64,000 nt of DNA, taken from NCBI GenBank assembly GCA_913030805.1, contig CAJWDL010000004.1, positions 2,719 to 66,718 of the forward strand, in the 5' to 3' direction. The notes beneath the pieces are model-generated. The model ran no database searches and was not told the origin of the DNA. It was given only the letters and a program-made list of their open reading frames with translations. Positions 20,649 to 31,255 of this stretch are shown here, piece by piece (position 1 is the first letter of the stretch; each line of letters opens with the position of its first letter). Source of the stretch: an uncultured Candidatus Pelagibacter sp. GTDB lineage: Bacteria > Pseudomonadota > Alphaproteobacteria > Pelagibacterales > Pelagibacteraceae. The translations under genes were made by a program, and so were the position numbers.

Positions 20649-22136
20649 ATGAAAAATACTATTATTTTTGATAATAAAATTGATTTTAAACAAGGAGAAA
20701 CATTAACTTTTTTTCTTAATGAAAATTTTGACTTTAGAGTAGAAAACAGAATCCTTTCTGCTCAAACATTAAATAAAATTCAAGTTTATCTGAAAAATTT
20801 AAAATCCAAAAAAATAAAAGAAAAAATAATATGCTTTGATATTTCGGAAAAAAATAAAGTTTTATTTATTGTAATAAAAAAGAATTTGGTTTCAAATAAT
20901 TTTGAAGAATTGGGAGCAAACCTTTATTCTTTTATAAAAACAAACAAGATGGATAAAGTAAATCTGTATGCAGACACAATCAACTCTTTTAAACTCTATA
21001 AAAAAAATACTGAGTTAATTTTACATTTCATTCACGGATTTAGCTTAAAATCATATTCTTTTAATAAATACAAAACACAAAACAAAAACATTTTTTATTT
21101 TTTATTAAAAATAGTATCTTCTGAAAAAACTTTGCTAAATAATAATTACTTTAGATATAAAGCAATAGAATCCGGAGTTTTTCACGCAAGAGATTTAGTT
21201 TCTGAACCTCCAAATATTTTGAATCCAAAAAAATATGTAGAAATTATAAAAAAACTTTCTTCATTGGGTATAAAAATTCAAATTTATAACGAGTCAAAAA
21301 TGAAAAAGTTAGGAATGCTTGCTCTTTTGGGTGTAGGTCAAGGAAGCATCAATGAGTCATTTTTAGTAACTATGGAATGGAGAGGAAACAAAAAATCAAA
21401 AGATAAACCTTTGGCGTTCGTTGGAAAAGGAGTTTGTTTTGATACGGGGGGAATTTCCTTAAAACCTGCCAGATTTATGGAAGAAATGAAATATGATATG
21501 GCTGGTTCTGCTGCTGTGGTTGGATTACTCAAAACTTTGGCTTTAAGAAAAGCAAAAGTAAATGTGGTTGGAGTAGCGGGACTTGTTGAAAATATGCCAA
21601 GTGGAAATGCTCAAAAACCAGGTGATATTGTGAAATCCTATTCTGGTAAAACAATTGAAATTTTAAATACTGACGCAGAAGGAAGGTTGGTGTTGTCTGA
21701 TGCTATTAGTTTTACTGAAAAAAAATTTAAACCTAAATTTATAATTGATTTGGCCACACTCACTGGAGCAATCATCATATCTTTGGGAGAGGAATACGCG
21801 GGACTGTTTTCCAACAGTGATGATTTATCAAATAAAATTTCCGGAATAAGTAAAAAGATTGGAGAAAAAGTTTGGAGGTTACCCTTAAATGAAAATTATA
21901 ATAAATTAATGGATTCCACAGTAGCTGATGTACAAAATATTAATTATTCAGGCGGTGCCGGATCTATTACTGCCGCTCAATTCTTACAAAGATTTATAAT
22001 CAACAAAACTCCTTGGGCACATCTAGATATTGCCGGGATGGCATTTTCAAAAAAAGCTTCAAATCTAAATCCAAAGGGAGCAACAGGTTTTGGAGTTCGT
22101 TTACTCAATAAGTTGATAGAGGAATATTATGAATAA
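20649..22136 (+). CDS. pepA: Leucyl aminopeptidase (M17)
   Basis: VGKGVCFDTGGISLKP and NTDAEGRL signature motifs. Confidence 0.93.
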   Translation: MKNTIIFDNKIDFKQGETLTFFLNENFDFRVENRILSAQTLNKIQVYLKNLKSKKIKEKIICFDISEKNKVLFIVIKKNLVSNNFEELGANLYSFIKTNKMDKVNLYADTINSFKLYKKNTELILHFIHGFSLKSYSFNKYKTQNKNIFYFLLKIVSSEKTLLNNNYFRYKAIESGVFHARDLVSEPPNILNPKKYVEIIKKLSSLGIKIQIYNESKMKKLGMLALLGVGQGSINESFLVTMEWRGNKKSKDKPLAFVGKGVCFDTGGISLKPARFMEEMKYDMAGSAAVVGLLKTLALRKAKVNVVGVAGLVENMPSGNAQKPGDIVKSYSGKTIEILNTDAEGRLVLSDAISFTEKKFKPKFIIDLATLTGAIIISLGEEYAGLFSNSDDLSNKISGISKKIGEKVWRLPLNENYNKLMDSTVADVQNINYSGGAGSITAAQFLQRFIINKTPWAHLDIAGMAFSKKASNLNPKGATGFGVRLLNKLIEEYYE

Positions 22137-22542
22137 CAATTCATCAGAAAGGACATTGTCAATTATTAAACCAGATGCAGTTGAAAGGGAACTAGAGATA
22201 AAAATAAAAAAAATTTTTATAGATAATAAATTGAATATTGTCGATAGTAAAAAAATACAAATATCCAAAGAAGAAGCTGAGAAGTTTTATAAAGTTCACC
22301 AAACAAAACCATTTTATGAGAAACTATGTTCTTATCTTTCTTCTGGGCCAATAATTGCAATAATTTTAGATGGTGAAAATGCTATTCAAAAAAACAGGGA
22401 CTTAATGGGAGCCACAGATCCTAAAAGAGCAAAAGATGGTACGATTAGAAAACTTTATGGAATTTCTATTGATAAAAATTCAGTGCACGGATCAGACAGT
22501 CCCGAAAATGCCAAAGCAGAAATAGATTTTTTTTTTAATTAA
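22129..22542 (+). CDS. ndk: Nucleoside diphosphate kinase
   Basis: ERTLSIIKPDAV and NSVHGSDS (active-site His) motifs. Overlaps pepA by 8 nt. Confidence 0.95.
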   Translation: MNNNSSERTLSIIKPDAVERELEIKIKKIFIDNKLNIVDSKKIQISKEEAEKFYKVHQTKPFYEKLCSYLSSGPIIAIILDGENAIQKNRDLMGATDPKRAKDGTIRKLYGISIDKNSVHGSDSPENAKAEIDFFFN

Positions 22543-22634
22543 TCAAGATATATATTTTGTAAATTTATTAGCATTTGAAGAGTTTCTTCACTTTTTTTAT
22601 AGGTAAAGGATTCTTTTTTAACTATTATTGGAGA

Positions 22635-23708
22635 ATGTTTATTTCTTTTTCAAATATAGCTAAAAAGATATTCAATATTATTTTTACTTTAACATTTCTA
22701 TTTTTTATTTCATCGGATCGTTCTCTAGCATCAAATCATATATTGGCAGTAGAAGAATTAAAAATTTCTAGAGAAATAGATTTGGAATTTTCAAGAATTA
22801 AGATTATTGATGAAGCGTTTAAAAAAGCATTTTATATATTATTAAGTCAAACTTTAAATTCTACAGATATCAAGAAATTAAAAAATGTTAATATGAGAGA
22901 AATAAAAACCTTGGTCGAAAATTTTAAAATTAAAAATGAAATTTTTAGAGAAAATAAATACTATGCAAATTTTGATGTATATTTTAACAAAAAAAAAATA
23001 AAATTTTTCTTAGAAAAAAAAAACTTATTTTATTCAAACCCAAAACAAATATCAGTTTTGTTTTTACCCATTATTATAGAAAAAGGGAATTTGCACCTTT
23101 TTAATGATAATATTTTTTATAAATATTGGATAAGTAATAAAGATCAAAGTGGATTAATAAATTATATTATGCCCCTTGAAGACATAGATGAAACTTTAAA
23201 ATTGATAGGTTCTCAAGAAAATTTAGAAAATTTAGATATAATAGAGATTGCCAAAAAGTATAACACAGAAAATTATATTTTAAGTTTAATATATATAGAG
23301 AATAAAAAACTAAATTTTTTTTCTAAAATTAAATTTCAAGAATATAAAAAAAATTCAAACTTAATTTTTTATAAAGCAGATATTAAAGATGCAGATTCAA
23401 TAGTAACCATGATTAAAAAAGTAAAAGTACACTTAAATGACATATGGAAAGATTTTAATAAAATAAATACTTCTATTAAATTATCATTAAATCTGATTTT
23501 AAATAGTAATCATGCAAACAAAATTTCTAAATTTGAAAATATTCTAACCAAAATTGATGATATAAACTCCTATTCAATCAAAAAATTTGATTTAAACAAG
23601 ACAGTTTATGAAATTATTTATAATACGAATCCTAATAAATTAATAAAACAATTTTCTATTTATGGTTTCGAAATAGTTAATGTTGAAGGCCTTTGGATAA
23701 TACAATGA
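22635..23708 (+). CDS. Hypothetical secreted protein (possibly DUF2066-like)
   Basis: From Met 22635 there is a clear signal peptide (IIFTLTFLFFISSDRSLA). The remainder is Lys/Asn-rich and has no catalytic motif that I recognise. The FDVYFNKKKIKFFLEKKNLFY block and the position next to hda recall DUF2066 proteins of gammaproteobacteria. That family assignment is from memory only. Confidence 0.55.
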   Translation: MFISFSNIAKKIFNIIFTLTFLFFISSDRSLASNHILAVEELKISREIDLEFSRIKIIDEAFKKAFYILLSQTLNSTDIKKLKNVNMREIKTLVENFKIKNEIFRENKYYANFDVYFNKKKIKFFLEKKNLFYSNPKQISVLFLPIIIEKGNLHLFNDNIFYKYWISNKDQSGLINYIMPLEDIDETLKLIGSQENLENLDIIEIAKKYNTENYILSLIYIENKKLNFFSKIKFQEYKKNSNLIFYKADIKDADSIVTMIKKVKVHLNDIWKDFNKINTSIKLSLNLILNSNHANKISKFENILTKIDDINSYSIKKFDLNKTVYEIIYNTNPNKLIKQFSIYGFEIVNVEGLWIIQ

Positions 23709-24367
23709 ATAACAAAGATCAAATATTATTTAACTTCAAGCTTAATAAAAATTATTTAGATCAAGATTATTATTTATCTTCTAGCAACCAAGAGGCATAT
23801 AAATTAATTAACTGTTGGCCAAAATGGATTAAAAAAACAATTAATCTATATGGAGAAAAATTTTCAGGAAAATCTCACTTGGCTTCAATTTTTGAAAAAA
23901 AAACTGCTTGTATAAAAGTTTTTTCTAGAAAATTTTCAGATGAAACGATTCAAAATTTTAAAACCAAGCAAGCTGTAATTATTGAAGATTTAGATGAAAA
24001 TTTTTCGGAAAACTTGTTATACACGGTTTTAAACATAATAGAACAAGAAAATAAATATTTACTGATAACTTCCTTAGAGCCACTAAATAAATTTAATTTT
24101 AAATTACCTGATCTTATTTCAAGAATAAGAAATTGTTTAATAATTGGAATTAAAAATCCTGATGATAATTTAATTTATGCATTGTTGACCAAGTATTTAT
24201 CTGACAGGCAAATAAATATTGATAAAAAATTAATTGAATATATTATTAAAAGAATCGATCGATCATATGAAAAGATATTTTTATTTATTCATAAAGTAGA
24301 TGAACTCAGTTTAAAAAAAGGTAAGTCAATTGATTTGGCAACCATAAAAGAAGCATTAAAAAAATAA
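23705..24367 (+). CDS. hda: DnaA-regulatory inactivator Hda-like AAA+ protein
   Basis: About 220 aa DnaA domain-III-like protein with the degenerate P-loop YGEKFSGKSHLASIF. It has no DNA-binding domain. The N-terminal QILFNF resembles the beta-clamp-binding motif (QL[SD]LF / QLxLxL). ATG 23705 overlaps the upstream TGA, forming ATGA. Confidence 0.75.
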   Translation: MNNKDQILFNFKLNKNYLDQDYYLSSSNQEAYKLINCWPKWIKKTINLYGEKFSGKSHLASIFEKKTACIKVFSRKFSDETIQNFKTKQAVIIEDLDENFSENLLYTVLNIIEQENKYLLITSLEPLNKFNFKLPDLISRIRNCLIIGIKNPDDNLIYALLTKYLSDRQINIDKKLIEYIIKRIDRSYEKIFLFIHKVDELSLKKGKSIDLATIKEALKK

Positions 24368-24375
24368 GGTAAAAA

Positions 24376-26172
24376 TTGCATAAATATAGAACACATAATT
24401 GTTCAGAGCTTCGATCGAGTCATGAAAATACTACTGTAAAATTATCAGGCTGGGTGCATAGAAAAAGGGATCATGGAAACCTGTTATTCATTGATCTTAG
24501 AGATCACTATGGAATTACGCAATGCGTTATTGAAACTACAAATGCAAATTTTAAAATTTTGGAAAAAATCAAACCAGATTCTGTAATTTCTATAACAGGA
24601 AAGGTCTTGAAAAGAACCTTAGAAACCATCAATAAAGATTTACCCACAGGAAAAATAGAAGTTGAGTTTAAAGAGCTGGAGATTTTATCGGAAGCTGAAG
24701 AATTACCGATACCAGTTTTTGGAGAACAGGATTATCCAGAAGATATAAGACTAAAATACAGATTTTTGGATCTCAGAAGACAAACAATGCATAAAAATAT
24801 TATTTTAAGATCTAAAGTAATTTCTTTTATTAGAAAAAAAATGGTCGGCTTGGGATTTAACGAATTTCAAACACCAATTTTAACTGCATCTAGCCCAGAG
24901 GGTGCTAGGGATTTTTTGGTTCCAAGCCGGTTAAATCCTGGAAAATTTTATGCATTACCACAAGCTCCTCAACAATTTAAACAAATGATAATGGTAGCTG
25001 GGTTTGATAAATATTTTCAGATAGCACCATGTTTTAGAGATGAAGATGGTAGGGCAGATAGGAGTCCTGGAGAGCATTATCAACTAGATATAGAAATGTC
25101 GTTTGTTGAAAAAGAAGATATTTTTTCAACTATGGAACCACTCTTTTATGAATTGTTTAGTGAATTTGGATGTGGAAAAAAAGTTTCAGATTATCCATTC
25201 AAAAAAATTTCTTTTGATGATTCAATGTTGCAATATGGAACTGACAAACCAGATTTAAGAAATCCTTTAAAAATTTCAGATGTCACCGACATATTTAACT
25301 CTGTTGATATTAAACTGAATATATTCAAAAAACAGATTGACAAAGGTGCTATTGTAAGAGCAATTCCTGCCCCTAATACTTTTAAAAAACCGCGAAGTTT
25401 TTATGATAGTACAAATGAATGGGCAAAAATGGAAGGTGCTAATGGACTTGCTTATTTATCAATAATAAAAATTAAAGACAAACTTGCAGGATTAGGCCCT
25501 ATTGCAAAATTTTTTTCTGATAACGGAATAAATAAAATAGCCAAAGCATGTAATCTTAAAGATGGAGATGCTGTATTTTTTTCTTGTGAAAAAAAACAAA
25601 TTGCTGAAAAAATTTCTGGTTTAGCAAGACAAAAAATAGCTGAAGATTTAAATTTAATACAAAAAAATCAATTTCGATTTTGTTGGATTGTAGATTATCC
25701 ATTATATCAATTTGACGAAGAAAAAAAAAAAATTGATTTTAGTCATAATCCATTTTCTATGCCAAAAGTTAGCTATGAGGAATTTGATAAAATAGACCCT
25801 CTTGAAATTCTTGCAGAACAATATGATTTGGTATGTAATGGTATTGAACTATCCTCTGGCGCAATTAGGAATCATCTTCCAAAAATGTTCTATAAAGTAT
25901 TTTCAAAAGTTGGATATTTAAAAAAAGACGTTGATAGTAAATTTGGAGGAATGATTAAAGCGCTATCCTACGGTGCTCCTCCGCACGGCGGATTGGCTCC
26001 AGGCATAGATAGGATTGTAATGTTACTAGCGAATGTAGAAAATATAAGAGAAATAACCTTGTTTCCGCTAAATCAGAACGCTCAAGATCTGCTAATGGAT
26101 GCCCCATCAGAGGCAACGGATCAACAACTGAAAGAACTAAACATAAGGACTATTAAAGAAAACAAAAATTAA
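24376..26172 (+). CDS. aspS: Aspartyl-tRNA synthetase
   Basis: Class IIb motifs [10 protein letters not shown] and GGLAPGIDR, with the bacterial insertion domain. Apparent TTG start. Confidence 0.95.
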   Translation: MHKYRTHNCSELRSSHENTTVKLSGWVHRKRDHGNLLFIDLRDHYGITQCVIETTNANFKILEKIKPDSVISITGKVLKRTLETINKDLPTGKIEVEFKELEILSEAEELPIPVFGEQDYPEDIRLKYRFLDLRRQTMHKNIILRSKVISFIRKKMVGLGFNEFQTPILTASSPEGARDFLVPSRLNPGKFYALPQAPQQFKQMIMVAGFDKYFQIAPCFRDEDGRADRSPGEHYQLDIEMSFVEKEDIFSTMEPLFYELFSEFGCGKKVSDYPFKKISFDDSMLQYGTDKPDLRNPLKISDVTDIFNSVDIKLNIFKKQIDKGAIVRAIPAPNTFKKPRSFYDSTNEWAKMEGANGLAYLSIIKIKDKLAGLGPIAKFFSDNGINKIAKACNLKDGDAVFFSCEKKQIAEKISGLARQKIAEDLNLIQKNQFRFCWIVDYPLYQFDEEKKKIDFSHNPFSMPKVSYEEFDKIDPLEILAEQYDLVCNGIELSSGAIRNHLPKMFYKVFSKVGYLKKDVDSKFGGMIKALSYGAPPHGGLAPGIDRIVMLLANVENIREITLFPLNQNAQDLLMDAPSEATDQQLKELNIRTIKENKN

Positions 26173-26177
26173 TTTAA

Positions 26178-27020
26178 TTATTTTTTGCTTTTTAAATTAA
26201 TTCTTACATCGGTAAGATCAATTAGTTTTTTTTCATAATTACTTCTTACAAAACCTTTGCTAGTAATATCTTTAATTAATTTTAAAAATTGTGTATTTTC
26301 TTCTTTGTTAATTCCTTTGTTATTTTCTTGATGTGTCAATGACGGTGTATGAGCCAAGTCTTCCCTGCCCGAATATGATATTGCAAGTTCTCTAAATATA
26401 TAATCTAAAATAGAAGAAGCGCTCAAAATTCTATCATTACCTTCAATTTTACCAGAGGGTTCAAATTTTGTTCCCACGTAGGCACTGACAAATTCGTCAA
26501 GTGGAACCCCATATTGTAAACCCAATGAAATTGCTATAGCAAAGTTATTCATTAAAGCCTTGACCAATTCTCCTTCTTTACTTGTGTCAATAAATATTTC
26601 ACCTAATTTACCATCATCGTATTCTCCAGTATGCAAGTATACTTTGTGATTACCAATGGTAACTTTTTGAATATACCCTTTTCTTCTGTCAGGCATTTTA
26701 ATTCTAGGATATGATTTTTCATTAATCTGCAAATTTATTTTTTTATTCTTTTTTTCTAATACTTGTTCACTTAAATTTTTTTGAACTATATTGGGTACTT
26801 CTAAAGGTTTATTATTAGGTTCAGATAAAGAGTTTAAATTTGCTATATTTTTATTCTCTAAATTTTTTGTTTTTCTAGCGTCTAATTTAACATCAATAAT
26901 TTCAAACTTGCCATCCTCTCGTTGATCTAGTTTTGAAAGTTGATCTTCATTTAACTCATCCAGATAATGTTTAACTTTAAAACTACAAGTGTAAAAGGTT
27001 TCAACTAAGTATTTTGACAT
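26178..27020 (-). CDS. Stand-alone protein homologous to the C-terminal (TSCPD-like) region of class II B12-dependent ribonucleotide reductase
   Basis: Residues ~109-216 read [98 protein letters not shown]. As I recall it, this is nearly colinear with the tail of alphaproteobacterial NrdJ. No catalytic barrel is present in this ORF or next to it. Confidence 0.7.
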   Translation of the reverse strand: MSKYLVETFYTCSFKVKHYLDELNEDQLSKLDQREDGKFEIIDVKLDARKTKNLENKNIANLNSLSEPNNKPLEVPNIVQKNLSEQVLEKKNKKINLQINEKSYPRIKMPDRRKGYIQKVTIGNHKVYLHTGEYDDGKLGEIFIDTSKEGELVKALMNNFAIAISLGLQYGVPLDEFVSAYVGTKFEPSGKIEGNDRILSASSILDYIFRELAISYSGREDLAHTPSLTHQENNKGINKEENTQFLKLIKDITSKGFVRSNYEKKLIDLTDVRINLKSKK

Positions 27021-27172
27021 ATCTTTGTGTATCGAATTAAATTTTTTTTAAGAAAACGCTTATCTATGGTATATATTAATTCATAATTAAGTCTAATTTT
27101 TTTTTTACAATTGGTAATTGTGTGAAGAATTTTTTTTACGGATAATATAACAACCTTTAGCGTTAATATTTT

Positions 27173-27532
27173 ATGAACTTATTGAAGCAAATATTTACAT
27201 GGTGGAATCGACAGACAATAGGAACAATGATCCTCACTTTTTTTTCAGGAAAACTTAAAGGAATCGATGAATTTGGCAACAAGTATTATGAGAGTAAATC
27301 TGGTAGGAGATGGGTAATATATAAGGAAACTGTTGAAGCATCCAATATTCCTCCAAATTGGCACAACTGGATTCATTTTACAAACAACAAGTTGTCAGTT
27401 GCTAGTCAAAAAAAACATTCTTGGGAAAAGAGACATGTGTCCAATTTAACGGGAACAAATAGAGCTTACAGACCAAAAAAAATAATTGAAAACAAAACTA
27501 TCAAAAAAAAATATGAAACTTGGAAAATATAG
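27173..27532 (+). CDS. NADH:ubiquinone oxidoreductase subunit NDUFA12-family protein
   Basis: FTWWNRQTIGT..DEFGNKYYE..RRWVIY..IPPNWHNWIH..NLTGT..YRP matches the NDUFA12/B17.2 pattern found in alphaproteobacteria. Confidence 0.87.
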   Translation: MNLLKQIFTWWNRQTIGTMILTFFSGKLKGIDEFGNKYYESKSGRRWVIYKETVEASNIPPNWHNWIHFTNNKLSVASQKKHSWEKRHVSNLTGTNRAYRPKKIIENKTIKKKYETWKI

Positions 27533-28028
27533 TATTTATTTTTTTATTTATTTTTTTTTTAATTTAAATCAATCCTTTGGTGAAACAATATCAAATATCA
27601 AAATCGAGGACTTAAAAAATTTACCATCCACGTACGAAGAAATAGAAGAATTTACAGAAGAAGATAATGCTGGACAACAGATGTTACAACAAGTGAAATA
27701 TAAAGAACATCAAAAATTAAATAGCAAAATTATTACTATTGAAATAAAAGCTCTGAATAAAATTACAGCAAAAACTTCTACACTGAATATAAAATTAGGT
27801 GAAGAAAAATACTTTGGTAATTTAAAAATTAAACCTTTAAAATGTAAAGCTTCAGATATTAATCAACCTCCTGATACAGTTGCTTATTTACAGGTAATTG
27901 ACACATCTGATAAAAAAAATGACCAAGTTTTTGTATTTAACGGATGGACTTTTGCGTCCAGTCCAACCTTAAGGTCTTTAGATCACGCAATATATGATTT
28001 ATGGTTGTTGGGTTGTACCAATATTTAG
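27513..28028 (+). CDS. DUF2155 domain-containing secreted protein
   Basis: Signal peptide from Met 27513. LNKITAKTSTLNIKLGE..FGNLKIKPLKC..FNGWTFASSPTLRSLDHAIYDLWLLGC fits DUF2155, the usual neighbour of NDUFA12 in alphaproteobacteria. Confidence 0.78.
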   Translation: MKLGKYSIYFFIYFFFNLNQSFGETISNIKIEDLKNLPSTYEEIEEFTEEDNAGQQMLQQVKYKEHQKLNSKIITIEIKALNKITAKTSTLNIKLGEEKYFGNLKIKPLKCKASDINQPPDTVAYLQVIDTSDKKNDQVFVFNGWTFASSPTLRSLDHAIYDLWLLGCTNI

Positions 28029-29362
28029 TTAAATTTTTCTTGATTCAACCAGTTAACGTTGAAATTTGAGCTAATAAATTTTTGATGATTTAGAATTTTT
28101 TTATGAAGATCAATCGTTGTAGTAATGCCTTCAATAACAAACTCATCTAGAGATCTAAGAGTTCTTTGAATCGCTTCAGTTCTATTTCTGCCATGGCAAA
28201 TTAACTTACAAATTAAACTATCATAATAGGGTGAAATTTTGCATCCCTGAAATATTGCTCCATCAATTCTAGTTCTGAATCCAGAAGGTTGATGACAAAC
28301 GCTAATTGTTCCAGGACTTGGTTGAAAGTTTTTATCAGGATCTTCAGCATTAATTCTACATTCTATAGCATGACCTCTTGAAATAATGTCAGTCTGATTT
28401 AAGGAGGTATATCCTTTTGCCGCTATACTGATTTGTTCTTTTACAATATCAATGCCAGTTACAACTTCTGAAACAGGATGTTCTACTTGAATTCTGGTAT
28501 TCATTTCTAAAAAATAAAATTTTCCGTCATCATATATAAATTCAACTGTTCCAGCTCCTTCATATCCAATTTTTTCAACCATTTTTACGGTTTTAGACAA
28601 AAGATCTTTTCTTACTTCGGCAGTTAAAATAGGACTAGGAGATTCTTCGATTAATTTTTGATATCTTCTTTGAACGGAACAGTCCCTTTCTCCAAGATGA
28701 ATTGTTTTATTTTTATCAGAAAGAATTTGAGCCTCTATATGCCTTGGATTATTGAAATATTTTTCAATATAAACTTCATCATTATTAAAATATTTTTTTG
28801 CTTCATTTTTTGCTTCATTCATTGCATTTTCTAAATCTGATTCTTTTGCTACTATTTTCATACCTTTTCCACCACCACCACCTGAAGCTTTGACTAAAAT
28901 GGGAAAACCAATTGATGAACAAATTTTTTTGGCCTGATCTAAAGTGGTTATTTCTCCTTCAGAACCTGGGATTATTGGTAAACCATTTTTAGATGCGATT
29001 TGTTTAGCTTCAATTTTATTCCCCATGCTTTTAATTAATTGGGGATTTGGTCCTATAAATTTTATTCCATGTTTAGTTACCATTTCTGCAAAATTATAAT
29101 TTTCCGATAAAAAACCATAACCAGGGTGCACAGCTTCAACATTGGTTAATTCTGCAGCCGACAATAGAGCTGCAATATTTAAATAACTATTTTGAGGTTG
29201 TTGAGATCCTATACATACACTTTCATCTGCAAGTCTTACATGCATCGAGTCCTGATCTACATCAGAATGAACGGCAACAGTCGAAACACCCAATTCTTTG
29301 CAGGCTCTAATTATTCTAACCGCAATTTCTCCACGACTTGCTATAAGAAGCTTTTTGAACAT
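28025..29362 (-). CDS. accC: Acetyl-CoA carboxylase biotin carboxylase subunit
   Basis: KLLIASRGEIAVRIIRA, GGGGKGM and EMNTRIQVEHPV motifs. Part of the aroQ-accB-accC order. Confidence 0.96.
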   Translation of the reverse strand: MFKKLLIASRGEIAVRIIRACKELGVSTVAVHSDVDQDSMHVRLADESVCIGSQQPQNSYLNIAALLSAAELTNVEAVHPGYGFLSENYNFAEMVTKHGIKFIGPNPQLIKSMGNKIEAKQIASKNGLPIIPGSEGEITTLDQAKKICSSIGFPILVKASGGGGGKGMKIVAKESDLENAMNEAKNEAKKYFNNDEVYIEKYFNNPRHIEAQILSDKNKTIHLGERDCSVQRRYQKLIEESPSPILTAEVRKDLLSKTVKMVEKIGYEGAGTVEFIYDDGKFYFLEMNTRIQVEHPVSEVVTGIDIVKEQISIAAKGYTSLNQTDIISRGHAIECRINAEDPDKNFQPSPGTISVCHQPSGFRTRIDGAIFQGCKISPYYDSLICKLICHGRNRTEAIQRTLRSLDEFVIEGITTTIDLHKKILNHQKFISSNFNVNWLNQEKFN

Positions 29363-29778
29363 TATTCCAGAAGAGCTAATACTTGAGCAAATTCGACTGG
29401 CTGACCATCCTCAACACATATTTCTTTAACAATCCCATCTACTGGTGATGGCACATGATTCATAGTTTTCATTGCTTCCACAATCATAACCGTGTCACCT
29501 TTTTTTATTTTTTTTCCAACTTCTATGAATTTTTTTCCATCTGTCTGAGGTGCTAAATAAGCAGTACCAACTATTGGTGAAGTAATTTTTACACCTTTAA
29601 ATATATTAGTTTTTTTTCTCTCTGTGCTTAATTGTGCAATTTCATTAGTGTTTGGAATATCTGATTTTTTTTTGGACACTTTTATTTTAGTATCTGATTG
29701 ACCATATTCAAGTTCGGTTAAATTAAATTCATTTAAATAATCTACCAATTCTTTTATTAATTTTTTATCTATTTTCAT
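29362..29778 (-). CDS. accB: Biotin carboxyl carrier protein
   Basis: The EAMKTMN biotinylation motif (AMKM variant) lies near the C-terminus. Confidence 0.9.
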   Translation of the reverse strand: MKIDKKLIKELVDYLNEFNLTELEYGQSDTKIKVSKKKSDIPNTNEIAQLSTERKKTNIFKGVKITSPIVGTAYLAPQTDGKKFIEVGKKIKKGDTVMIVEAMKTMNHVPSPVDGIVKEICVEDGQPVEFAQVLALLE

Positions 29779-29780
29779 TG

Positions 29781-30227
29781 TTATTTGCTTTTATCGATTA
29801 AATTTAATATTCCATCAATAGCCATTAGATATCCTTTAGTGCCAAAACCGCAAATAATACCTTTAACCGCTTTACTTATCAATGACTTCTGGCGAAATTC
29901 TTCTCTAGAATTAATATTTGATATATGTAATTCAATTGATGGAATTTTTATAATCATCAATGCGTCCAATATTGATACCGAGGTATGTGTATAGCCAGCA
30001 GCATTAATAATTAATCCATCAAATTTTTCACTTGAATCCTGTATTAAGGATACAATTTCACCTTCAATATTAGTCTGCTTGAATATCAATTCTACGTCTT
30101 TGTTTTTTGCATAATCATGACAATTTTTTTTTAAATCTTCAAAAGTTGCTTTTCCATAATGATTTTCTTCTCTTTTTCCTAAAAGATTGAGATTTGGTCC
30201 ATTTATAATTAATATTTTTGTTTTCAT
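29781..30227 (-). CDS. aroQ: Type II 3-dehydroquinate dehydratase
   Basis: ILIINGPNLNLLGKRE and ELHISNI motifs. Confidence 0.93.
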   Translation of the reverse strand: MKTKILIINGPNLNLLGKREENHYGKATFEDLKKNCHDYAKNKDVELIFKQTNIEGEIVSLIQDSSEKFDGLIINAAGYTHTSVSILDALMIIKIPSIELHISNINSREEFRQKSLISKAVKGIICGFGTKGYLMAIDGILNLIDKSK

Positions 30228-30260
30228 GGATTATAATATTTAAATAAATAAGTTCTTTTT

Positions 30261-30479
30261 ATGAATAACCTAAAAAAAATCGAAATTCAATTGAATGGTA
30301 AAAAGCATCAAATAAAGATGGGGTACAATCTTAAAGATTTGCTAAAATTATTAAAAAAAGATAACAAAAAAGTAGCTATAGAATTGAATGGTGAAATAGC
30401 AGATAAAAAAAAATACAATAAAATGTTTTTAAAAAAAAACGATAAAATCGAAATTGTCCAATTTATTGGCGGGGGATAA
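30261..30479 (+). CDS. thiS: Thiamine-biosynthesis sulfur carrier ThiS
   Basis: 72 aa, ending in GGG (C-terminal Gly-Gly). Lies immediately upstream of thiG. Confidence 0.82.
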   Translation: MNNLKKIEIQLNGKKHQIKMGYNLKDLLKLLKKDNKKVAIELNGEIADKKKYNKMFLKKNDKIEIVQFIGGG

Positions 30480-30484
30480 AATAT

Positions 30485-31255
30485 ATGAAAGATGATTTTA
30501 CAATAGGCAAAAAAAAATTTAAATCAAGATTAATTGTAGGAACAGGAAAATATAAAAGTTTTCAACAAACCGCAGAAGCAATTAAAGCCTCAGGTACAGA
30601 CATGGTAACCGTAGCTGTTCGAAGAGTTAACATTACTGATAAAAAAGAACCAACTTTAATGGATTATATTGACCCTAAAAAAATTATTTATCTTCCAAAT
30701 ACTGCTGGTTGTTTTAATTCTCATGATGCACTTAGGACATTAAGATTAGCAAGAGAAATGGGAGGATGGAAATTAGTTAAGCTTGAAGTGTTGGGAAATA
30801 AAAAGACATTGTACCCAAATATGATAGAAACAATCAAATCGACCGAAATATTGGTCAAAGAAGGATTTAAGGTAATGGTTTATTGTACGGACGATCCAAT
30901 TATGTCAAAAAGATTGGAAGATGTTGGTGCATCTTCGATTATGCCTTTAGCTGCACCTATTGGTTCGGGGTTAGGGATTCAAAATAAAATTAATATAAAA
31001 ATAATTAAAGAACAATCCAAGGTTCCGGTGATAGTAGATGCTGGAGTTGGTGAAGCTTCGGATGCGACCATTGCTATGGAATTAGGATGTGATGGGGTAT
31101 TAATCAATTCTGCAATTGCAGAAGCTAAAAATCCAATTTTAATGGCAAAAGCGATGAAATTTGCAGTTATGGCAGGAAGAAAATCTTATTTAGCCGGCAG
31201 GATGAAAAAGAGAGAATTTGGAAATCCCTCATCACCAAAAGAAAATATAATTTAA
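30485..31255 (+). CDS. thiG: Thiazole synthase
   Basis: [16 protein letters not shown] and the [12 protein letters not shown] motifs. Confidence 0.94.
   Translation: MKDDFTIGKKKFKSRLIVGTGKYKSFQQTAEAIKASGTDMVTVAVRRVNITDKKEPTLMDYIDPKKIIYLPNTAGCFNSHDALRTLRLAREMGGWKLVKLEVLGNKKTLYPNMIETIKSTEILVKEGFKVMVYCTDDPIMSKRLEDVGASSIMPLAAPIGSGLGIQNKINIKIIKEQSKVPVIVDAGVGEASDATIAMELGCDGVLINSAIAEAKNPILMAKAMKFAVMAGRKSYLAGRMKKREFGNPSSPKENII

Noticed and set aside
30228-30260. TPP riboswitch upstream of thiS-thiG.
   Set aside because: Only 33 nt separate the aroQ start from the thiS start, which is far too short for a THI-box aptamer.
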